A DNA stretch of 14,052 nucleotides from Candidatus Methylomirabilia bacterium. GTDB taxonomy: Bacteria > Methylomirabilota > Methylomirabilia > Rokubacteriales > CSP1-6. This document shows, in pieces, positions 7,817 through 14,052 of this stretch (the first letter of the stretch is position 1; every line of letters begins with the position of its first letter). The notes below the pieces were generated by a model. The model had not been told where the DNA came from and did not search any database. It saw only the letters and a program-made list of their open reading frames with translations. The stretch covers positions 1-14,052 of the forward strand of contig JBGQHJ010000127.1 of NCBI GenBank assembly GCA_041497895.1, in the 5' to 3' direction. Both the position numbers and the translations under genes were made by a program.

Positions 7817-10165
7817 GTGCTGGTCGGCACCTCGCCGAAGCGGAAGGAGGACGGCCGCTTCGTCGCCGGGCACGGCCGCTACCTCGACGACGTCCGGGTG
7901 GCCGGCCTGCTCCACCTGGCCCTCGTGCGCAGCCCGCACGCCCACGCGCGCGTCCGCGCCGTCGACGCCACCGCCGCGCGCGCCACCGCCGGCGTGCTCG
8001 CGGTGCTCACCCTCGACGACCTGCCGGAGCTGGCCACCGCCACCGTGCCCCCGCTGGTGCCGGAGCCCAAGGGCCGGGCCTACGTGCACCCGGTCCTGGC
8101 CGGCGCGCGGGTCCGCCACGTGGGCGAGGCGGTCGCGGTTGTGGTCGCCACCGATCCGTACGCGGCCGCCGACGGCGTCGAGCGCGTCGCGGTCACCTAC
8201 GAGCCGCTCCCCGCCGCGATCTCGGCCGCGGCGGCCGCCGCGCCGGGCGCGCCGCGCGTCAACGACACGTGGCCCGACAACCTGGCGTCGGTCACCACCA
8301 GCGCCAAGGGCCAGCCCGCGGAGGCCCTGGCCGCCGCTCCGGTGGTGGTAGCCGCGCATCTCGCTTACCCGCGCGTGGCCGGCATGCCGCTCGAGACCCG
8401 CGGGGTCGTGGCCGCGCCCGACCCCGCCGATCAAACAGGGGGCGGGCTCACGGTGTGGACCTCCACCCAGGTGCCGTTCGCGGTGCGCAGCGCCATCGCC
8501 CCGGTGCTCCGGCTGGCCGAGGAGCGCATCCGCGTGATCGTGCCCGACGTGGGCGGCGGCTTCGGCGTCAAGGGCCACGTGTATCCCGAGGAGATCCTGG
8601 TGGCCGCGGTGGCCCGCCGGCTCGGCCGGCCGGTGAAGTGGGCCGAGACTCGCAGCGAGCACTGCCTCAACGCGGCGGGCGACCGCGACCAGGTCCACGA
8701 GGCGCGCATCGGGCTCGAGCGCGACGGGCGCATCGTGGCCATCGAGACCGCCTTCACCCGCGATCACGGCGCGGCGCCGACGCTCGGCGAGGCGATCACG
8801 CTCAACACGATCAACCATCTGCCCGGGCCGTACCGGGTGCCGCACTATCGCGCGACGGGTCGCAACGTGCTCACCCACAAGACCTTCGCGGCGGCCTATC
8901 GCGGCGCCGGGCGGCCGGAGGCCGCCTTCGTCCTGGACCGGCTGCTCGACCGCGCGGCCCGCAAGATCGGGATGGATCCGGCCGCGCTCCGGCGCCTGAA
9001 CCTGATCCGTCCCGACGAGATGCCGGCCCCGACCGGGCTCACCTATCGCGACGGCGCGTCGATCACCTACGACCCGTCCGACTACCCGGCCGCCTTCGAT
9101 CGCCTGCTCGCCACTCTCGACTACACGGGCTGGCGCGCCCGGCAGGCGGAGCGGCGCGGCGGCCCGCGGCCCATCGGCATCGGCCTCTGCGCCTACGTGG
9201 AGGGCACCGGCATCGGTCCCTTCGAGGGCGCCGACATCCGCGTGGACCCCGACGGCACCGTGTTCGTGCATCTCGGCGTCTCGGCCCAGGGCCAGGGTCA
9301 CGAGACCACGCTGGCCCAGATCGCGGCCGACGAGCTCGGGGTGCCGCTCGAGTCGGTGATGGTGGTGGGCGGCGACACCAGCCTGGTGGGCTACGGCATG
9401 GGCACCATCGCGAGCCGGGTGGCCGCGGTGGGCGGGCCCGCGGTGCAGCGCTCCGCCGCGCAGGTGGCGCACAAGGCGCGGCTGGTCGGCGCCGAGCTCT
9501 TCGAGTGCGCGCCCGAGGACGTGGTGCTGGCCGACGGACGCGTCGGCGTCCGCGGCGCGCCCGCCAAGAGCGTGCCGCTCGGCCAGGTGGCGCGGGCGGC
9601 GGTGCGCAGCCGCGCGGTCGCGGAGGCGGGGGGGCCGGGGCTCAGCGCGTGCGCCTTCTTCTACCCGGACACCGTCACCTGGGCCTTCGGCGTGCAGGGC
9701 ATCGTGCTCGAGGTGGACGTCGAGGCGTGCGCGATCACGCTGCTCAAGCTCGCCGCGATGCACGACTGCGGGCGCCCGATCAACCCGGTGATCGTGGAGG
9801 GCCAGCTCCACGGGGGCATCGCCCAGGGCCTGGGCAGCGCGCTCGGCGAAGCCCTGATCTACGACGACGCGGGCCAGCTCCTCACCGGCACGCTGATGGA
9901 CTACCCGATGCCGCGCGCGGACGACATGCCGCCGATCGACGTGGTCCACATGGACTTCCCGTCCGTCATCAATCCGCTGGGCATCAAGGGCGTGGGCGAG
10001 AGCGGGGTGATCTCGCCCGCCGCCGCGGTCGCCAACGCGGTGGAGGACGCGCTCGCCGACTACGGCGTCCTGGTGGACAGCCCGCCGCTCACCTCCGCCC
10101 GCGTCTTCGAGCTGCTGCGGGCGACCGGACGCTGGCCCGCCAGCGGAACGTCCCAGACCCGATAG
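7817..10165 (+). CDS. Xanthine dehydrogenase-family molybdopterin-binding large subunit (CoxL form II/CutL-like)
   Basis: [93 protein letters not shown]. Start GTG 7817 has no clear RBS. Confidence 0.95.
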   Translation: MLVGTSPKRKEDGRFVAGHGRYLDDVRVAGLLHLALVRSPHAHARVRAVDATAARATAGVLAVLTLDDLPELATATVPPLVPEPKGRAYVHPVLAGARVRHVGEAVAVVVATDPYAAADGVERVAVTYEPLPAAISAAAAAAPGAPRVNDTWPDNLASVTTSAKGQPAEALAAAPVVVAAHLAYPRVAGMPLETRGVVAAPDPADQTGGGLTVWTSTQVPFAVRSAIAPVLRLAEERIRVIVPDVGGGFGVKGHVYPEEILVAAVARRLGRPVKWAETRSEHCLNAAGDRDQVHEARIGLERDGRIVAIETAFTRDHGAAPTLGEAITLNTINHLPGPYRVPHYRATGRNVLTHKTFAAAYRGAGRPEAAFVLDRLLDRAARKIGMDPAALRRLNLIRPDEMPAPTGLTYRDGASITYDPSDYPAAFDRLLATLDYTGWRARQAERRGGPRPIGIGLCAYVEGTGIGPFEGADIRVDPDGTVFVHLGVSAQGQGHETTLAQIAADELGVPLESVMVVGGDTSLVGYGMGTIASRVAAVGGPAVQRSAAQVAHKARLVGAELFECAPEDVVLADGRVGVRGAPAKSVPLGQVARAAVRSRAVAEAGGPGLSACAFFYPDTVTWAFGVQGIVLEVDVEACAITLLKLAAMHDCGRPINPVIVEGQLHGGIAQGLGSALGEALIYDDAGQLLTGTLMDYPMPRADDMPPIDVVHMDFPSVINPLGIKGVGESGVISPAAAVANAVEDALADYGVLVDSPPLTSARVFELLRATGRWPASGTSQTR

Positions 10166-10194
10166 ACACGTCCGATCGACAGGGAGGAGCTGCG

Positions 10195-11061
10195 ATGATC
10201 GAGCATCGACCGTTCGGCCGCACCGGACACCAGTCCACCGTGACCCTCTTCGGGGCGGCCGCGCTCGCCCGCGTCACCCAGGACGAGGCCGACCGGGCCC
10301 TCGAGGTGCTGCTCCGCCACGGGGTCAACCACATCGACACCGCCGCGCGCTACGGCGACTCCGAGCTGCGCATCGGGCCGTGGATGGCGCGGCACCGCAA
10401 GGACTTCTTCCTCGCCACCAAGACCGGCTCGCGCGGAGCGCGGGAGGCGCGCGAGGATCTGCACCGCTCGCTCGAGCGCCTCCGGGTGGACTCGGTCGAC
10501 CTGATCCAGATGCACTCGCTCGGCCACCCCGACGACTGGGACCAGGCCATGGGACCCGGCGGCGCGCTCGAGGCGCTGGTGGAGGCCCGGCAACAGGGGC
10601 TCGCGCGCGCCATCGGGGTGACCGGGCACGGCTGGACGATCGCGGCCATGCACCGGCGCAGCCTCGCGCGCTTCGACTTCGACTCGATCCTGCTCCCCTA
10701 CAACTTCTTCATGGCCCAGAACGAGCGCTACCGGCAGGCCTTCGAGGAGGTCGCCGCGATCTGCCGCGAGCGCAACGTGGCGGTGCAGACCATCAAGGGG
10801 ATCGCGCGCGGGCCGTGGGCCGCGGCGGACCGGAGCCACGCCACCTGGTACCAGCCGCTCGAGCGCCCGGAAGACATCGACCGGGCCGTCCACTGGGTGC
10901 TGGGCCGGCCCGGCGTCTTCCTCAACACCGCCGGGGACCTCGCCCTGCTCCCGAAGGTCCTCGACGCGGCGAGCCGCTTCACGCGGCGTCCCTCCGACGA
11001 GGAGATGACCGCGATGCACGACGCCACCCGGATGTCGTCGCTCTTCGGACTGCCCACCTGA
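10195..11061 (+). CDS. Aldo/keto reductase
   Basis: ATG 10195 after GGGAGG; the track ORF 8269..11061 is shadow upstream of this. [21 protein letters not shown] (Asp, Tyr), LATK (Lys), [16 protein letters not shown] (His) and AIGVTGH give a complete catalytic tetrad. Confidence 0.94.
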   Translation: MIEHRPFGRTGHQSTVTLFGAAALARVTQDEADRALEVLLRHGVNHIDTAARYGDSELRIGPWMARHRKDFFLATKTGSRGAREAREDLHRSLERLRVDSVDLIQMHSLGHPDDWDQAMGPGGALEALVEARQQGLARAIGVTGHGWTIAAMHRRSLARFDFDSILLPYNFFMAQNERYRQAFEEVAAICRERNVAVQTIKGIARGPWAAADRSHATWYQPLERPEDIDRAVHWVLGRPGVFLNTAGDLALLPKVLDAASRFTRRPSDEEMTAMHDATRMSSLFGLPT

Positions 11062-11083
11062 CCCCAAAGGAGACCCTGGTCCC

Positions 11084-12151
11084 ATGCGCAAAGCCGCCAT
11101 CCTCCTGGCCGTGCTCGTCCTGCTCGCGCCCGTCGCGGCGACCGCCCAGACCACCAAGCTCCGCGTCGCGATCTGCGCCCGCACCATCAGCATGGGCGTG
11201 GGCTCGCCGTTCGCGGTGGCGATGAAGATGGGCTGGTTCAAGCAGGAAGGCCTCGACGTCGAGATCGTGCCCCTCCCCGGCTCCACCGACTGCGTGAAGG
11301 CGGTGGCCACCGGCGAGGTCCCGGTGTCGCTCCCGAGCGTGGAGCCGCTCGCCAACGGCCGGCCGCAGGGGGTGAAGGCCAAGATCTACTACACCGCCTA
11401 CCAGACCAACGGCTACGGCATCGCGGTGCCCGCGGACAGCCCCATCCAGAGCCCGAGCGAGCTGCGCGGCAAGTCCATCGGCGTGACCAGCCTCGCCTCC
11501 GCCGGCGTGGTGGTGGCGCGCGCCCAGGTGGCGGCGGCCGGCCTCGACCCCGCGCGCGACGTGCAGATCGTGGTGGCGGGCGAGGGCGCGCAGACCGCGG
11601 CCATGGTCCGTAACCGCCAGGTGGACGCGCTCAGCCAGTTCGACACCCAGTACGCGCTGGTGGAGAACGCGGGGGTGCGCGTCCGCTACCTCGACCGGCG
11701 CGACATCGAGCGCTTCCCGGGCAACGGCTTCCTCGCCTCCGAGGAGAGCCTACGGACCCGCCAGAAGGAGCTGGTCGGGCTGGCCCGCGCCTACGCCAAG
11801 GGCACGATCTTCACGATCGCCAACCCGGAGGCGGCGGTGCGCATCGTCTACGAGGTCTTCCCGCAGACGAAGCCCACCGGCAAGGACGAGGCCACCGCGG
11901 TGCGCGAGGACCTGAAGGTGCTCGAGGCCCGCATGCCGCACTACCGGCTCGAGCCGGCCGGCGTGAAGCACTGGGGGGAGAACTCGGAGGTCAACTACCG
12001 CGACTACGTGGACTTCCTCGTCAAGTGGGGCGTCATCACCCAGAAGGTACCGACGTCCGACCTCATCACCAACGACATGATCGAGGAGATCAACCGGATG
12101 GACGTGGGCAAGATCGCGGCGGAGGCCAAGGCGTACCGCTACGCGCGCTAG
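11084..12151 (+). CDS. Periplasmic substrate-binding protein, NMT1/THI5-SsuA/TauA family
   Basis: AAGGAG RBS, signal peptide MRKAAILLAVLVLLAPVAATA, GWFKQEGLDVEIV, SPIQSPSELRGKSIGV, AAGLDPARDVQIV, ANPEAAVRI. Confidence 0.9.
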   Translation: MRKAAILLAVLVLLAPVAATAQTTKLRVAICARTISMGVGSPFAVAMKMGWFKQEGLDVEIVPLPGSTDCVKAVATGEVPVSLPSVEPLANGRPQGVKAKIYYTAYQTNGYGIAVPADSPIQSPSELRGKSIGVTSLASAGVVVARAQVAAAGLDPARDVQIVVAGEGAQTAAMVRNRQVDALSQFDTQYALVENAGVRVRYLDRRDIERFPGNGFLASEESLRTRQKELVGLARAYAKGTIFTIANPEAAVRIVYEVFPQTKPTGKDEATAVREDLKVLEARMPHYRLEPAGVKHWGENSEVNYRDYVDFLVKWGVITQKVPTSDLITNDMIEEINRMDVGKIAAEAKAYRYAR

Positions 12152-12224
12152 CGTGTCGGGTGCGCCTGACGTGAAGTCGTAGTAGGCTCCCGGATGGGGT
12201 GACGATCCCGGGGAGCGGCGGCCT

Positions 12225-13433
12225 CTGACCTTCGAGAGCTGGGAGCGGAATGTCTGGGCCCTCGCGCTCGTCGTCTTCATCGCCTTCGTCGGCTTCCAGT
12301 TCTTCTCGCCCTTCCTGCCGCTCTACGTGATGGAGCTCGGCGTCACCGATCCCACCCAGGTCGCCCTCTGGTCCGGGATGCTCACCGCGGTGACGCCGGC
12401 GGTCTCGGGCCTGCTCGGCCCGCTGTGGGGCAGCTTCGCGGATCGGGTCGGCCGCAAGATGATGATGGTCCGCTCGCTCGTCGGCTTCGTGATCATCGTG
12501 GCCGCGATGGGCCTCGTCACCTCGGTCACCCAGCTCCTGATCCTGCGCGTGCTCCAGGGGGTGATCGCCGGCTTCTCGGTCTTCGCGATGGCGCTGGCCA
12601 GCGTGTCCTGCCCCAAGGAGCGCGTGCCGGTGGCCATCGGGCGCGTCCAGGGCGCGCAGCTCCTGAGCGTCGCCATCGGGCCCGCCGCGGGCGGCTACGT
12701 CGCCTCCCACTTCGGCCTCCGCTACGCCTTCTTCGTCACCGCCGGGATGTGCGCGCTGGCCCTGATCGGCCTGCTGGTCCTGTTCACGGAGACGCGGGCC
12801 CACGGCGAGGCCGGGCCCGTCGCGGCGACGCCCGAGACCAGCTTCACGCTCCGGCAGGTCATGACCTCCCGCGGGTTCCCGCTCGTGCTGGGCCTCCTCT
12901 TCGTCGGCCAGTTCATCGACCGCGGGCTCTCGCTCCTCGTGCCCCTCAAGGTCGGGCGTCTGCCCGACGTCACCCGCATCGCCGCGACGTCGGGCGAGAT
13001 CATCTCGCTCGCCGCGATCTGCGCCACCGGGTCCGCCCTGCTCGCCGGTCGGCTCGCCCAGCGATGGCCGGCCGAGCGCCTGCTGCTGGTCGGGCTGGTC
13101 GCGGGCGGGCTGCCCTGCGCCCTCATGGCAGCGGCCGGCGGCTGGCAGAGCCTCATGATCTTCCGCTGCCTCACCGGGCTCTGCCTGGGCGGGGCGCTGA
13201 CGCTGGCCTACTCGATCGGCGGCAGCCTCGTGACGGGGGAGCGCCGCGGGGCCGCCTTCGGCTGGCTCGCCCTGAGCGTGCAGATCGGCACCGCGGCGAG
13301 CCCGCTGGTGAGCGGGGGGCTGGCCGCGATCAGCCTGCCCGGCGCCTTCGTGCTCGACGGGGCGCTCGCCTGGGCGGGCGCGGGGCTCTTGCTGCTGGGC
13401 GCGCGCCATCTCCGGCGCGGGGCGGCGCCGTGA
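12225..13433 (+). CDS. MFS transporter (MdtG/DHA1-like), start codon uncertain
   Basis: The frame upstream of the track start (12327) encodes WERNVWALALVVFIAFVGFQFFSPFLPLYV, the MdtG-type first helix. Motif A PLWGSFADRVGRKMMMVR, LRVLQG, IGPAAGG; about 12 hydrophobic segments. The only in-frame start-like codon before TM1 is CTG 12225. Confidence 0.88.
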   Translation: MTFESWERNVWALALVVFIAFVGFQFFSPFLPLYVMELGVTDPTQVALWSGMLTAVTPAVSGLLGPLWGSFADRVGRKMMMVRSLVGFVIIVAAMGLVTSVTQLLILRVLQGVIAGFSVFAMALASVSCPKERVPVAIGRVQGAQLLSVAIGPAAGGYVASHFGLRYAFFVTAGMCALALIGLLVLFTETRAHGEAGPVAATPETSFTLRQVMTSRGFPLVLGLLFVGQFIDRGLSLLVPLKVGRLPDVTRIAATSGEIISLAAICATGSALLAGRLAQRWPAERLLLVGLVAGGLPCALMAAAGGWQSLMIFRCLTGLCLGGALTLAYSIGGSLVTGERRGAAFGWLALSVQIGTAASPLVSGGLAAISLPGAFVLDGALAWAGAGLLLLGARHLRRGAAP

Positions 13434-13461
13434 GGCAACCCGCGCGGGACGAGGCACCCGC

Positions 13462-13490
13462 TTGACGCCGGCGGCCGGAGCCTCTACTGT
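13462..13490 (+). promoter_or_regulatory. sigma70-like promoter of the esterase gene
   Basis: TTGACG (13462-13467), 17-nt spacer, TACTGT (13485-13490); AGGAGG RBS at 13515-13520. Confidence 0.7.
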
Positions 13491-13525
13491 CGCGGCACCA
13501 GCATGCGGGATGCCAGGAGGCGCAC

Positions 13526-14052
13526 ATGCCGCTCGATCCTCAGGCTCGGAAGGTCGTCGACGCCCTCGCCGCGCTCAACCTCAAGCCGATCAAGGACTCG
13601 ACCCCGACCGAGGCGCGCGAGTCCATGCGCACCCGCACCGCCGCGCTCGGCCCGTTCGAGGACGTGGCCGCGGTGGCGGATCACCGGATCCCGGTCACCG
13701 GCGGCGAGATCACGGTGCGCGTGTACCAGCCCGCCGGGCTCGGCCCGCATCCGGTGCTGGTCTTCTATCACGGCGGCGGCTGGGTGATCGGCGACCTCTA
13801 CACCCACGACGGCATCTGCCGGTCCATCGTCAACGCGGCCGGCTGCGCGGTGGCCTCGGTGGACTACCGGCTCGCGCCGGAGTTCAGGTACCCGACGCCG
13901 GTCGAGGACTCCTACGCCGGGCTCCTGTGGGTGGTGGCCAACGCCACGCGCCTCGGGCTCGATCCGGCGCGGGTGGCGGTCGGCGGCGACAGCGCGGGCG
14001 GCAACCTCGCCGCGGTGATGGCGCTGCTGGCCCGCGACCGTCGCGGGCCGCG
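13526..14052 (+). CDS. Alpha/beta hydrolase, family IV (HSL-like) esterase/lipase, 3' end outside the window
   Basis: Translated by hand (absent from the track because it has no stop in the window): MPLDPQARKVV...VRVYQP...VLVFYHGGGWVIGD...SVDYRLAPE...VAVGGDSAGGNLAA, with the HGGG oxyanion and GDSAG nucleophile motifs. Confidence 0.95.
   Translation, partial: MPLDPQARKVVDALAALNLKPIKDSTPTEARESMRTRTAALGPFEDVAAVADHRIPVTGGEITVRVYQPAGLGPHPVLVFYHGGGWVIGDLYTHDGICRSIVNAAGCAVASVDYRLAPEFRYPTPVEDSYAGLLWVVANATRLGLDPARVAVGGDSAGGNLAAVMALLARDRRGP

Noticed and set aside
7817..10165. Calling this aerobic CO dehydrogenase CoxL
   Set aside because: Lacks the form I AYxCSFR Cu-binding loop and has no coxS, coxM or accessory genes.
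8269..10194. 930-aa ORF suggesting a giant AKR fusion, and antisense ORF 7655..9949
   Set aside because: Shadow frames of the molybdopterin subunit; the AKR has its own RBS and ATG at 10195.

Overview
Very GC-rich bacterial chromosome segment (about 70% GC by eye) in two parts. (1) A housekeeping block on the + strand, 1-3844: 5'-truncated rpoD, tRNA-Ile2(CAT), a coiled-coil/C4 zinc-ribbon protein, RNase HI and a membrane-anchored SPOR protein. It contains two boxC/REP-like hairpin repeats and an 85-bp element bounded by perfect 27-bp inverted repeats. (2) A divergently transcribed, regulator-less catabolic-looking cluster, 3860-13433, under back-to-back sigma70-like promoters at 7182-7255. 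The leftward arm has a LigB-type ring-cleavage dioxygenase, a tiny LigA-like subunit, an FAH-family hydrolase and an amidohydrolase lacking the usual HxxE glutamate. The rightward arm has a cupin, a lone CoxL form II-like molybdopterin subunit, an aldo/keto reductase, an orphan NMT1/SsuA-type binding protein and an MdtG-like MFS transporter with an anomalous start. A family IV (HSL-like) esterase runs off the right end. The most unusual signal is a nested palindrome inside the most conserved part of rpoD (869-921), built from codons atypical for this genome. No CRISPR array, transposase or integrase was seen. Most other long ORFs in the track are GC-rich shadow frames. All calls come from reading motifs; no searches were run.
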